Positions 12,372-24,985 are shown, counted from the whole stretch's first letter. The stretch: DNA of 63,808 nucleotides, filler included, from Lama guanicoe (GCA_013239625.1; 94 parts of 94 records of this genome joined end to end with filler, not necessarily neighbours in it); one strand, 5' to 3'. The notes: generated by a model from the letters alone, not told the origin. Made by a program: numbers and translations.

Positions 12372-12862
12372 TATTTTAAGATAAGCAAAATCAAAAAACC
12401 TCTAGCCAGGTGCATCATGAGGATAACAGAGATGCTCCAAAGAAATAAATAAAGAATAAAAGAATAGAAATAACTATTGTTACCTGAGATATACAAATAA
12501 GGGATCATTTTGCCAACACTTACATGCCAATAAATTGGACAAAGTAGAAGAAATAAACAAATGTCTAGAAAGAGACAGCAATAAGGAGAAAAAAATAATT
12601 TGAACCAACTGGTTACTAGAAGAAAAATAGAATCTGCATTTTAAAAAATCGTTAAATAGAAGTGCAGATTTAAACAGTTCCCATGGAGAAATATACAAAA
12701 ATACAAAGCAGAAGTAATAGTCTTCAATCTATTCAAAAATATTGAAGATGTGGGAAACTCCCAAATTAACTTTATGAAGTTTTAATCACCCTGATAGCAA
12801 AGCCAACAAACACAGTACAGGCAAAGGGAACTTCAAGCCAATAAATTTGATAGATTTTAATG
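12372..12862 (+). mobile_element. L1 ORF2 fragment
   Basis: aaaacctctagccagg...caacacttacatgccaataaattggacaa...caccctgatagcaaagcca. Confidence 0.8.
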
Positions 12863-14276
12863 NNNNNNNNNNNNNNNNNNNNNNNNNNNNNNNNNNNNNN
12901 NNNNNNTTAATTAATTAANNNNNNNNNNNNNNNNNNNNNNNNNNNNNNNNNNNNNNNNNNNNAATGCTCAGAGTGATGCAGGATTTTTCCTTTTTATATT
13001 TCAATGATTCTCTCTAAATTATTTCTAGTTATGGAATTAACCCTCTTAGCCTTCAGGGTGCATTAAAACTGTGGAAGAGGAACAGGCAGCAAAATGAATT
13101 CAAGCAAAAAGAAAGTGTTGAAATCATAGTAAAATTCTGAAAAAATATTTTACATTTTTATTTTCTAATTAACCCCCACCAAGGTGTCTTATTGTTTTGA
13201 TTGACTGTTTCATTTGGCCTCCTTCAATTTGCAGGGCAGGGCTNNNNNNNNNNNNNNNNNNNNNNNNNNNNNNNNNNNNNNNNNNNNTTAATTAATTAAN
13301 NNNNNNNNNNNNNNNNNNNNNNNNNNNNNNNNNNNNNNNNNNNTGCACCTCCGGTGTGCAGACAGGCCCTCCTGCCTCACCCCTAGTGACACAGCTGCTT
13401 TCAGAGCTGATTGTGGTTCTGTGTGAGGGACCAGCCTCCCCACTCCTTTTGAAAATATTGGAGCAATACCAATAGAAACAAAATGTAAAAGTCTTATTTT
13501 AATTCTACATATAAAATAAATCCTAGGAATTTTAACTATAAATGGTTTCCTACTCTCTGTCTTAATTTGGAGTTGTGCAGCTACGCTAATGAACAACATA
13601 CGTCAAAATGATCTCTAGCTTCTTATGCTGAGAGGAGGAAGTGATCTTCCATGCTGTGGAACTTAGGTAGACATGAGCCCCCATCCTTTCTACTTCATTA
13701 CACTTGCTAAATTATGACCTCAGGGCTTCCGAGTGTCCTCCGGGGATGCTTGGGAATGTCATATTCGTTTGAAACAGACATACAATATTTTGGAGTATCA
13801 CCTTGAAGTTAATAATGTGTGATGAAATCTAACCGTTAGATTGGCTTCTAACTGGCACAAATTTTAATCTTTTCCTATCCAAAAAAGAGTTAACAACTGA
13901 GAAACTCTACTATACTCTTGTTTTGTAGTTAAATGCTACCTGTGTTGATGAATTAATGTCCCAACAGTATCAATCATTTCTTTGTAATAGAATCTATCCT
14001 ATTTAGTAGCAAAGACCTGCGCTGCCCTGTACTTTTCTCCTTTTAGTCTCCATATATTTTGAGTTTACCCAACCCTGTTAGTCTGCTAGATGTTCGTGCT
14101 GCTCATGTCCAANNNNNNNNNNNNNNNNNNNNNNNNNNNNNNNNNNNNNNNNNNNNTTAATTAATTAANNNNNNNNNNNNNNNNNNNNNNNNNNNNNNNN
14201 NNNNNNNNNNNNCCGTGTGTACGAAATACCTATTTTCCTGGACTCAAGTTCTACCCCATTGGTGGTTTAATTAATT

Positions 14277-14297
14277 TGTTGTTGTTGTTGTTGTTGT
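14277..14297. repeat. (GTT)n microsatellite
   Basis: Seen directly in the sequence. Confidence 0.9.
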
Positions 14298-14506
14298 TCA
14301 CCAGAATCACCTAGAAGGTAATCCTCAGGATGGTAATTCTGCTCAGGGTAGTAATGGTCCTTCTCAGCTTCTCCTGTTCCTTTGATCTGTGCTCCTGGGC
14401 AAATCCACAGAAATGAAGAGCAGCCGGTAGGACTGGCAAGTCAATGCAGATAAGAAGAATCTACTCAGGCCTCCTGGAGAACAGTCACATTTGGGAATCA
14501 CAAGAT

Positions 14507-14730
14507 TTGGAGTCAGACAGAATCAGGAGTGAGACCCATTTCTGACATTTACTGTGAGCCCAGGGGTCAGATGGCTACGTCTCTCTAAGATCAGATCCTT
14601 GAATGGGAGGCAGGGTCAATGAAACCTATCTCATAGGGCATATGTGCAGACAAAACGAGGTAATAAAGGGTAAGTGCTTAGCACGGTCCCTGGCACATGG
14701 TCAGTGCTTCATAAACGCCAACTACTACCA
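14507..14730 (+). mobile_element. MIR SINE, near full length
   Basis: ttggagtcagacag...cctatctcataggg...gcttagcacggtccctggcacatggtcagtgct. Confidence 0.8.
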
Positions 14731-16469
14731 ACAAAAATTATGGCTGCACTTGCAGAGCTGGCCCGTGAAAGGTGGGGAGAACAGAAACTGGATCAGAAAA
14801 AGCACAAAGGTGCTGTGCAAGGTGCGATGATATGGACAAATATAGGAGAACACGGTCGAAATCCGTTTTGAATCGAACAGAGGTCACTCAAAGGGCCAAC
14901 TAGCCATCCTGTTTGTGACATCGTTTCTCGGTAAAACCGCAGGAGAGACGTGGGCTTGCCTCCAAACCGTCAGAACAAAACTCCTGGTAAAACTCACTTC
15001 TCGCGGGATTGAAGAACGCCTGCTCCGTAAGCAGCCCTCCCGGAGCCGTCTGTACCGTATTTACAGGTCAGCGGCAGCCGCCTGAGTTCCCTCACCACGC
15101 GCTCCATCCGCAGCTTTAATTTAGCTCGCTTTCCTTTCTCCTCGTTTCCTCTCCACATTGTCTAAGTGCTAATAATAATAATTCAATTTAATNNNNNNNN
15201 NNNNNNNNNNNNNNNNNNNNNNNNNNNNNNNNNNNNTTAATTAATTAANNNNNNNNNNNNNNNNNNNNNNNNNNNNNNNNNNNNNNNNNNNNCTCTCCAT
15301 TCCACATTAAGTGTATACAATGATACACACACACACACACATATATATGTGACATTTTTATATTAATTAATAGACTATATATTTACTTAGGGACATAATG
15401 CCTCTGGATAAAAATGTCAGACTAGCCAAAAGATTAAGTAGGTTTTTAAAAAAATTGTTACAAATGTGTATGTCATTCTTATTGTGTATGTATGAATGAG
15501 ACAGAAAGAGAATTAAGAGCGAAGGAGGAAGGAATCCAGAAAAGATGAGAGAAAGAGAATACATGCTGACTATGTTTATACGTATAGAATCAAGCAGTGT
15601 TACAACTGGAAAGGACATTCGTGTCCTTCTAATCTAACCCCTTTGTTTTGTGCTAGAGGCAAAAAAAACCCCCAGAGTGATTTGTGATCTGGTTTTATCT
15701 TTTGTTCTGTCTGAATTTNNNNNNNNNNNNNNNNNNNNNNNNNNNNNNNNNNNNNNNNNNNNTTAATTAATTAANNNNNNNNNNNNNNNNNNNNNNNNNN
15801 NNNNNNNNNNNNNNNNNNTTAAATAGTTAAGAATCATGATAATTTAGTCTAAGGAAATAATAGAAAGATTCAAAAGGCATTTCTATGCAATGAAACCATT
15901 AAAAAGTGATTTTTTAAATATGTATTTTCTGACCTGGAAAGATGTTAACAATACATTATTATGTAAAGTGAAGCTTACAAAACAGCTTAGTATTCATTAT
16001 AAATACTGAGTATGGGGCCCTGGGTAAACAAAACAGAATTGTGCTTTTAAAAAACAGCTTTGTACTTTCTTATGGAAGTTTCTAAAAGGACTAGAAACAA
16101 CCTCTACAGAGCGATACATTTTAAAATATTTTAAGTTTCCATTTCATATTGCCTCTCGGGATATTTTAATGTTTGTAAAATTAACATATTTTTGGAGAAT
16201 GAAAATAGTGTACAGGAAGGGGCTTATAAAAGAAATAAATTCAAAGGGCGGGGGGGCTCTTCCAAAAATGATAAATATGCTTATTTAGAATTTATTTTTT
16301 GCAAACTGTTTTTACCACATGCAAAGAGGGCAGGGAAGGTGACACCATCTTCTTCCAGCCCATGGCCCANNNNNNNNNNNNNNNNNNNNNNNNNNNNNNN
16401 NNNNNNNNNNNNNTTAATTAATTAANNNNNNNNNNNNNNNNNNNNNNNNNNNNNNNNNNNNNNNNNNNN

Positions 16470-17238
16470 TTCTAAATTCTATATTCAGTATACTTTATTC
16501 TATAGTCTAAATTCTCTGATCTGCATTCCATTTCTAAATTCTGCTTCTGTATTCTCTATTCTATATTGTATATTTTGTGTTCTTCATTCTATATTCTATA
16601 TTCTATATTCTAAATTCCTTTGTCTATATTCTATATTCTGTCTTATTCATTCTATATTCTAAATTCTATATACATTATTCTGCATTCTATATTCTAAATT
16701 CTGTGTTCTGCATTCTATATTCTATATTGTATATTCTGCATGCCGTATTCTATATTCAGTGTTCTACATTCTTTATTCTAAATTCTATATTCAGTATTCT
16801 GTATTCTATATTCTAAATTCTGTGTTCTGCATTCCATGTTCTATATTTTGTGTTCCATATACTCTATTCTATGTTCTCTTTTCTGTGTTCTACATTCTAT
16901 ATTCTGTATTCTATTATCTGCATTCCGTATTCTTTATTCACTATTCTGTGTTCTACATTCTATATTCTAAATTCTATATTCAGTATTCTTTATTCTATAT
17001 TCTAAATTCTGTGTTCTGCATTCTATATTCTATATTGTATATTCTGCATGCCGTATTCTATATTCAGTGTTCTACATTCTTTATTCTAAATTCTATATTC
17101 AGTATTCCGTATTCTATATTCTATACTCTGTGTTCAACATTCTTTATTGTATATTTTATATTAAGTATTCAGTATCCTATATTCTAAAGTCTGTGTTCTG
17201 CTTTCCGTGTTCTAATTTCTGGGTCTATATTCTCTATT
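16470..17238. repeat. Heptamer-based satellite (TATTCTA/TATTCTG variants) with 308-bp higher-order duplication
   Basis: 7-nt periodicity throughout; a diagnostic block recurs at 16737 and 17045. Confidence 0.95.
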
Positions 17239-17338
17239 NNNNNNNNNNNNNNNNNNNNNNNNNNNNNNNNNNNNNNNNNNNNTTAATTAATTAANNNNNN
17301 NNNNNNNNNNNNNNNNNNNNNNNNNNNNNNNNNNNNNN

Positions 17339-17857
17339 TACAGAATACCGAATATAGAATTTAGAACATTGAATGCGGAACACAGAAATTAGAATACAGA
17401 ATACAATACACTGAATGTAATATTTAGAAAATCGAATGCAGAACACAGAAATTAGAATACAGATACAGAATAATGAATATAGAATTTCGAATATACAATG
17501 TAGAACACAGAATCTAGAATAAATTATAAGGAATGCATATTATAGATTGCAGAACACAGGATATAGGATAAGGGAAACAGAATACAGAACCCAGAATTTA
17601 GCACATGGAATGCAGAACACAGAAATTAGAATACAGATACAGAATAATGAATATAGAATTTCGAATATACAATGTAGAACACAGAATATAGAATATAGAA
17701 TATGGAATACTGAGTATACAAATTAGAATATAGAATGTAGAACACAGAATCTAGAATAAATTATAAGGAATGCATATTATAGATTGCAGAACACAGGATA
17801 TAGGATAAGGGAAACAGAATACAGAACCCAGAATTTAGCACATGGAATGCAGAACAC
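17339..17857. repeat. Heptamer satellite, reverse orientation (TAGAATA/CAGAATA)
   Basis: 7-nt periodicity; exact blocks recur at 174- and 237-bp spacing. Confidence 0.95.
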
Positions 17858-18029
17858 NNNNNNNNNNNNNNNNNNNNNNNNNNNNNNNNNNNNNNNNNNN
17901 NTTAATTAATTAANNNNNNNNNNNNNNNNNNNNNNNNNNNNNNNNNNNNNNNNNNNNGATCTGAAGAAAGGGACGTGATCCCTGGCATGGGACAGAGAGG
18001 TTCAGAAGACAGACAACTCAGGAGGTGAA

Positions 18030-18215
18030 ACTGACTTGCCAGTCCCTTGAAGGGTGAGAGAAACAAGGCTGGGTGGCTTGGAGCATTTGAGACTGGATGA
18101 CAAGGAAACGGACGAACTTGAGCGGAGGGAAAGTTCCGAGAAATAGACCAGTTTGTATTTGAGAACAGATGGTAATGAATTTGGTTTGGGGAAAGAGCTG
18201 GGACACTGAAGGAAT
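18030..18215 (-). mobile_element. Probable L2 fragment
   Basis: Purine-rich sequence resembling antisense L2 ORF2 (gatggtaatgaatttggtttgggg). Confidence 0.4.
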
Positions 18216-18798
18216 TCTATACATCTGAAGTATTTAGCCCCATGAACAATAAGTGCTTGGTTTGTGATTGGCTTTTAGATATTTTGCAGACTCCTTCAAT
18301 AAAGCCCTCACTCTGAAGCTGCTAGTCTAAATTTCATTGACTGTAACGATATTTATATCAAAAACTCCAGGGTCTCACTTTGATCCTTAGATGCTCCATC
18401 AGTTCTTCTTAAATCCTTCAGGTTTAGTTTGATGACTGCTTCACCCACAGAGGTGAGAACCTCCTGATACACAGAGACATTTTGGAAACTAGTAACATCT
18501 CTATTGTGCAACCAGATGTAACCACATACCATGCACCGGGACTAGAATTCTCCACCACCCTTAGAAATCCTTAGGATTCCAGAAAAATCCATGTGTCAAC
18601 TGTGTGACAGACCATACTTTTTACCTGCCTTGCTACAGACACATCAGCCCCAAGAGGCTGTTGGAATATTGCTTTTCTACTACCTTGATTTAAGGCACNN
18701 NNNNNNNNNNNNNNNNNNNNNNNNNNNNNNNNNNNNNNNNNNTTAATTAATTAANNNNNNNNNNNNNNNNNNNNNNNNNNNNNNNNNNNNNNNNNNNN

Positions 18799-19190
18799 AC
18801 ACCCTCCCCCCAACCCTCAGCAACCACCATTCTATTTTCTGTCACTGTGAATTTGATGAGTGTAGTTACCTCATATAAGTTCAATCATACAACACATGTC
18901 CTTTTGTGTCTGGCTTATTTCACTTAGCATAATGCCTTTAAGGTTTATCCAAGCTGTAAAACGTGTAAGAACGTCCTTCCCTTTTCAAGGCTGAGTGATA
19001 TTCCATTGTATGTTCATACTACATTTTGTTTATCCATTCATCCCTCGATAGGTGTTTGAGTTGTGTCCACCTTTCGGCTAGTATGAATGATGCTGCTGTG
19101 AACATTGGTGTACAAGGATCTGCTTAGGTCCCTGCTGTCTATTCTTTTGTGGGTAAACCCTGAGATGGAATTACTGGCCCACATGGCTGT
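18799..19190 (-). mobile_element. L1 (L1MB-type) ORF2 end / 3' UTR
   Basis: caaccaccattctattttctgtc...tggcttatttcacttagcataatg...tttatccattcatc...gctgctgtgaacattggtgtacaa. Confidence 0.92.
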
Positions 19191-19692
19191 GCACTACTAT
19201 TAAATGATGCTTGTGCATATAACCATAGACTGAAAAAGCTTACTNNNNNNNNNNNNNNNNNNNNNNNNNNNNNNNNNNNNNNNNNNNNTTAATTAATTAA
19301 NNNNNNNNNNNNNNNNNNNNNNNNNNNNNNNNNNNNNNNNNNNNTGTGTCCTCAGAGAAGAGCTGGCCCCAGAGAAGCTGAGAATGAACCAGAAGGGACC
19401 TTCTCAGACTGAGGCACTCGGGACACAGGTGCTGCCAGCTCAGGTTGGAAAATAAACTACAAGATTCCCAAATGAATGGTTGTCTTTGGGGGAAATGATA
19501 AATCTGTAACAATAGCCCTGGGGAATTATGCTAGTCTCATTTAGAGACCAGCATGAGAGTAACTTGTACCACGATTTCGAATAAGAAGGAATTCCTTCAC
19601 TCTTGTTGTGTATGCAGACCTGGATGTTTTGCCAAAAAAGAATTTTAAAATATCTGAGGAAAGGAAATGCATTATTTTTCCTGGTGCTCACC

Positions 19693-19835
19693 CTTTCTTT
19701 TTTTCTGTTTATTTCTTTCTTCCTTCCTTCCTTTCTTTCTCTTTTTTTTTTCCTTCCTTCCTTCCTTCCTCTTTTTTCTTTCTTTCCTTCCTTCCATTTT
19801 CTTTTTTTCTTCCTTCCTTTCTTTCCTTCTTTCTC
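19693..19835. repeat. (CTTT)/(CCTT) compound pyrimidine microsatellite
   Basis: Seen directly in the sequence. Confidence 0.95.
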
Positions 19836-19844
19836 CAGTTATTA

Positions 19845-20205
19845 TTATGTTTTCCAAACCTACAGAGAAGTTGAAAGAAGGGTTCCATGAACACCTGTAT
19901 GCCATTCACCTACATTAATCCTCATTAATAGTCTGCCACACTTGTTTTTTTCTCTTCTCTCTTTGTATGTGTGTATATGAAACATTATACAAATATGTAA
20001 TTTTTTTTGCTAAATCCTTTGGAAATAAGTACAAACATCATGGCACTTCGCTCCTAAATTTTTTTAGTGTTACAACTTGGCATCTCTCAAGAATAAAGAC
20101 TTTATCTATATAATTGCTGTATCAGCTTTACACCTAAAAAAATAATTTTATCATATGTAAATATAATGTATACTCATATTCCACATTCAAATTTCCCCAA
20201 TTCTT
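19845..20205 (-). mobile_element. L1MC-type 3' end fragment
   Basis: ttttccaaacctacagagaagttgaaagaa...acatcatggcacttcgctcctaaa...cattcaaatttccccaatt. Confidence 0.7.
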
Positions 20206-20227
20206 TTTTTAAAGTTAAAAATTTCTT

Positions 20228-20301
20228 TTATGGTGGGGGATGGAAGCAATTAGATTTATTTTTGTTCATTTATTTATTTATTTAACAGAGGTACTGGGGA
20301 T
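20228..20301 (-). mobile_element. Camelid Vic-1-type SINE, 3' part (cut by contig end)
   Basis: aattagatttattt...gaggtactggggat is the reverse complement of the SINE 3' half seen at 24254. Confidence 0.8.
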
Positions 20302-20401
20302 NNNNNNNNNNNNNNNNNNNNNNNNNNNNNNNNNNNNNNNNNNNNTTAATTAATTAANNNNNNNNNNNNNNNNNNNNNNNNNNNNNNNNNNNNNNNNNNN
20401 N

Positions 20402-20883
20402 AAGATACTGAATATATTTCCCAGTGCTATATAGAAGAAATTTGTTCTTTTAATCTATTTTTATATGTAGTGGCTAACATTTGCAAATCTCAAACGCCCA
20501 CATTGATCCCTTCCGACCTCCTTTCCCCCAGTAACCATAAGACTGTTGACTATGTCTGTGGCTCTATTTCTGTTTTGTAGATGAGCTCATTAGTGTCCTC
20601 CTTTTTTTCTTTATTTCAGATTCCACATACGAGTGACATCATATGACATTTTTCTTTCTCTTTCTGGTTTACTTCACTTAGAATGATAATCTCCAGGTCC
20701 GTCCATGTTCTGCAAATGGCACTGTTTTATTCCTTTTTATGGCTGAGTAGTAGTCCATTGTATAAATATACCAGGACTTCTTTATCCAGTCTATTGTTGA
20801 TGGACATTTAGGTTGCTTCCATGTCTTTGCTGTCGTATATACTGCTGCTTTGAACGTTGGGGTCCATATATCTTTTCGAATTA
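20402..20883 (-). mobile_element. Relatively young L1 3' UTR / ORF2 end (cetartiodactyl/camelid type)
   Basis: aagatactgaatatatttcccagtgctata...ttacttcacttagaatgataatctccaggtcc...ggacatttaggttgcttccatgtc. Confidence 0.92.
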
Positions 20884-20983
20884 NNNNNNNNNNNNNNNNN
20901 NNNNNNNNNNNNNNNNNNNNNNNNNNNTTAATTAATTAANNNNNNNNNNNNNNNNNNNNNNNNNNNNNNNNNNNNNNNNNNNN

Positions 20984-21555
20984 CTAGGGGGGTTTGCAGG
21001 AAATCCCAGTGACAAAGGCTGCTTCCCCAAGGTCAGGGAAGTTATTTCTCGGAATTCCCTGTTCAGGGAACACCTGTGCCTGAAGAGAGCTGCGTGTAGT
21101 TGTCTCTCGAGCTCCCCAAGCACTGACATTGGTTCCGGAATCCTGAGCGTTGGTAGGTTCCACCAACGGTCGGCAACGCGTGGATTATAACGGAATGCCT
21201 AAGCTCGACTCCCGTGGGTTTTTTCCTAATATCTCTGTGCCAGGGAATGCTAGGGGGGTTTGCAGGAAATCCCAGTGACAGAGGCTGCCTCCCCAAGGTC
21301 AGGGAATGTATTTTTCAGAATTTCCCCTAACAGGGAACACCTGTGCCTGAAGAGAGCTGCGTGGAGTTGTCTCTCGAGCTCCCTACGCACTGACAATGTT
21401 TCCGGAATCCTGAGCGTGGGGAGGTTGCACCTACGGTCGGCAGCGCGTGTGTTGTAACGGAATGCCTAAGCTCGACTCCTCTGATTTTTTCCTAATATCC
21501 CTGTGGCAGGGAATGCTAGGGGGTTTGCCGGAAATCCCAGTGACAGAGGCTGCCT
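20984..21555. repeat. GC-rich satellite, ~266-267 bp monomer (~2.1 copies)
   Basis: ctaggggg...tttgc at 20984, 21250 and 21516; CTCGAG at 21106 and 21373. Confidence 0.95.
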
Positions 21556-22553
21556 NNNNNNNNNNNNNNNNNNNNNNNNNNNNNNNNNNNNNNNNNNNNT
21601 TAATTAATTAANNNNNNNNNNNNNNNNNNNNNNNNNNNNNNNNNNNNNNNNNNNNACAAAGAAAAAAGAAAAAAACAGAATCTTTTTAAAATGGTGGTAT
21701 TAACGTGAACAGGAAAAAAAATCACGAAGAGAAGGGCACTTCATCATCATAATAAGATTCATTTGGCTTTGCCTAAGGTGAAAGCAATTTTGCGTCTTAC
21801 TTTGAGTCTCACGGTAAAAAACTGCAATGTGAAAAGGTCACGTTCACAACAGATGTACCAAGGATGAAAAGTGAACAACAATAACGCTGTATTGTTTTGC
21901 TAAAGTCTTCTGTGAATTGAAAGTAGCAAAATCTGTGAGCAAATGTGTGTTTTGCCATGTCAGAATAATATCAATAGATGACTCTGAAAATCTAAAAAAA
22001 AAAAGTTGGATTCTGTTTAAGTTGAAATATATTTTACCGAATTCGAATAGATTGCAGGATCCATTTTGATGCTTCTCCCCTTACTTAAGCAGCATCCTAA
22101 TTTTGTGAGTTAAAATTTAGTCTGGGACAGACAGGCCTTCTATGATGGGCTAACTCACTGGGAAATTTGTTTGGAAGGAAATGATAAACCGTATAAGAGT
22201 CCAGAGGAGTCAAATAGCAAGAGTTTGGCTTCAAAAAAGTTGCTCTGAGGAATCAGGGAGAAACATGTGAGGGAGGCAGGTGGTCGGGAGTGAGATTGAT
22301 GGCAGGGGCATTTGACGTTTGAAATCGGGTGTTCGTTCTCCCTGTACTGATGTCTTCGCTAAACTGCTTGTAATGTCTGGCCTCCTCTCCCTTCTCGCTC
22401 TTTCGTTTTCAAATTGCAATTGCCTTTCTAGGAGGGATTGTTTTTCTTAAAACNNNNNNNNNNNNNNNNNNNNNNNNNNNNNNNNNNNNNNNNNNNNTTA
22501 ATTAATTAANNNNNNNNNNNNNNNNNNNNNNNNNNNNNNNNNNNNNNNNNNNN

Positions 22554-23059
22554 ATATATATATATGTATTGGAGTTTGCAACAGAAGGGATACTTTGTGT
22601 TCCTAACAATTTAGGTGAAGAACTGCTTTCCCACACGCATAACTCTCTAAGCTGAGCATGTGGAGAGACTTTCGTTCTTCTTGCACAAAAGGAAGAGGTT
22701 GCAGGATAAACACTTACTCCGGATTCTAAGTCTGTCTCCTAGTGCCGGTTTGATGTTCCAGTAGTTTTCACAGTAAAACCGAGTTGGAGCTTGTACCTCC
22801 CCTTTTATATTTATGTAGTGGAGTTTGCAACTGAAGAGAAACTTTGTGTTCCCAAAAAGCTTGGTGAAGTTTGGCTTTCACACACGCTTATCTTTTAAAA
22901 CTGAGCATGTGGAGAGACGTTTCTTCATCTAGCACAAAGGGAACTCTTTGCACGAGAAACACTTACACTGATATCTCAGTCTGTCTCCTAGTGCCGGTTT
23001 GATGTTTTTTCATTTTTCACTGTAAAACCGAGTTGGAGCTTGTACCTCCCCTTATATAT
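22554..23059. repeat. Satellite, ~249-bp monomer (2 copies)
   Basis: catgtggagagac at 22657 and 22906. Confidence 0.95.
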
Positions 23060-23159
23060 NNNNNNNNNNNNNNNNNNNNNNNNNNNNNNNNNNNNNNNNN
23101 NNNTTAATTAATTAANNNNNNNNNNNNNNNNNNNNNNNNNNNNNNNNNNNNNNNNNNNN

Positions 23160-23760
23160 TAATCTGTTTTCTGTGTTCTATATTCTAAATTCTGTGTTAT
23201 GAATACCATTTTCTAAATTCTGGCTTCTGTATTCTCTTCTATTATTCTATATTCTTTGTTCTACATTCTATATTCTGCATTCTATATTCTGTACCCTATA
23301 TTCTAAATTCTGTGTTCTGAATGCCATGTTCTTAATTCTGCGTTCTGTATTCTCAATTCTATATTCTATATATAGTTTTCTAAATTCTATATTCTACATA
23401 CTATATTCTGTATTCTGTATTCTATATTCTATATTTTGTGTTCTACATTATATATTCTACATTTTATATTTTGTATTCTGTATTTTATATTCTAAATTCT
23501 GTGCTCTGCATTCCATATTCTAAATTCTGTGTTTTGTATTCTGTATTCTGTATTCTATAATCTGTGTTCTGTATTCCATATTCTAAATTCTAGTTTCTGC
23601 ATTCTGTATTTTGTATTCTTTATTCCGTGTTCTAAATACTATATTCTACATTCCATATTCTGAATTCTATATTCTATATTATATGCTCTGAATTCCATGT
23701 TCTAAATTCTCGGTTCTGTATACTGTATTCTATATTCTGTAATCTGTGTTCCGAATTCCA
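23160..23760. repeat. Heptamer satellite
   Basis: TATTCTA/TATTCTG/AATTCTG 7-nt periodicity. Confidence 0.95.
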
Positions 23761-23860
23761 NNNNNNNNNNNNNNNNNNNNNNNNNNNNNNNNNNNNNNNN
23801 NNNNTTAATTAATTAANNNNNNNNNNNNNNNNNNNNNNNNNNNNNNNNNNNNNNNNNNNN

Positions 23861-24126
23861 CATGTGGAGAGACGTTCGTTCATCCAGCACAAAGGGAACT
23901 GGTTGCATTTGCAAACTCAACTCCAGAAATATATATGGTTAGAAATAAGCTCCAACTCGGTTTTACAGTGCAAACCGCTGGAACTTCAAACCGGCACTAG
24001 GAATTAGACTGAGAACCCAGAGTAAGTGTTTCTCCTTCAACACGTTCCTTTTGGGCTTGTTGAACGAACTACTTTCTACTTGCTCAGTTCTGTAAGATAA
24101 GTGTGTGTGAAAGCCGTCCTTCACCT
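23861..24126. repeat. 249-bp satellite with an orientation switch at ~23907
   Basis: 23861-23907 matches the monomer as oriented in 51016-51736; 23908-24126 matches its reverse complement. Confidence 0.9.
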
Positions 24127-24253
24127 NNNNNNNNNNNNNNNNNNNNNNNNNNNNNNNNNNNNNNNNNNNNTTAATTAATTAANNNNNNNNNNNNNNNNNN
24201 NNNNNNNNNNNNNNNNNNNNNNNNNNGTTCCACCCATATAAAAGATGAGAATA

Positions 24254-24399
24254 GTGGGAAGGCTATAGCTCAAGCAGTAGAGTGCATGCTTACCCTGCAC
24301 AAGGTCCTAGGTTCAACCCCCAGTACCTCCTCCAAATATAAATAAATAAACCCAATTACCTCCCCCACATAAAACAAAACAAAACAAAAAAGGCCAAAA
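24254..24399 (+). mobile_element. Camelid Vic-1-type tRNA-derived SINE, full length with target-site duplication (TSD)
   Basis: A box (tagctcaagcag), B box (ggttcaaccc), A-rich tail; TSD aaaagatgagaata (24240-24253) / aaaagatgaaaata (24400-24413). Confidence 0.92.
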
Positions 24400-24789
24400 A
24401 AAAGATGAAAATATTATAAATAAATGAGAGATTGTGACTTTGTCCTTAAATTTAAGAAGACCATGTCTTAAATCTTTGTTCTGAGATACCTCCTGTTATA
24501 AAATGAACTATCATGAGTACAATAGCATCTGAGTGGTCACATTTTAAATGTATCACAGCTGTTTGGGTTTCCAGTGGTGTCTCCCATCAGCACCAGAGTG
24601 AGATCACGCTGCGTGCAATTATCCCATCAGTCTTCTTCAGGACCATTTTCAAGATCCACTTTGGTTTTTTCCTTCNNNNNNNNNNNNNNNNNNNNNNNNN
24701 NNNNNNNNNNNNNNNNNNNTTAATTAATTAANNNNNNNNNNNNNNNNNNNNNNNNNNNNNNNNNNNNNNNNNNNNTTTGCGCATATGAT

Positions 24790-24985
24790 GAGCAAAAGTG
24801 CTTTTTCATTATTTTAGTTTGCACATGATGACCAGTGAGGTATTGAGCATTTTTTACCCATTAGCGATTTGAATTTTTTAAAATGAATGATTCCTTTTGT
24901 CCTTTGCACACACTTAAGTGAGGGACCTTCTTGTTGCTTTTTGACAGCTCTTCGTATGTTATGAACATTAACTTCTTGTCTTCAT
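24790..24985 (-). mobile_element. Old L1 ORF2 fragment
   Basis: tcattattttagtttgca...agtgaggtattgagcatttttt. Confidence 0.65.

Noticed and set aside
19603..19918. Phe/Ser-rich and Lys/Arg/Glu-rich ORFs
   Set aside because: Translations of the (CTTT)/(CCTT) microsatellite
24254..24330. tRNA gene
   Set aside because: A and B boxes are present, but with a SINE tail and TSD and no intact acceptor stem; it is a tRNA-derived SINE
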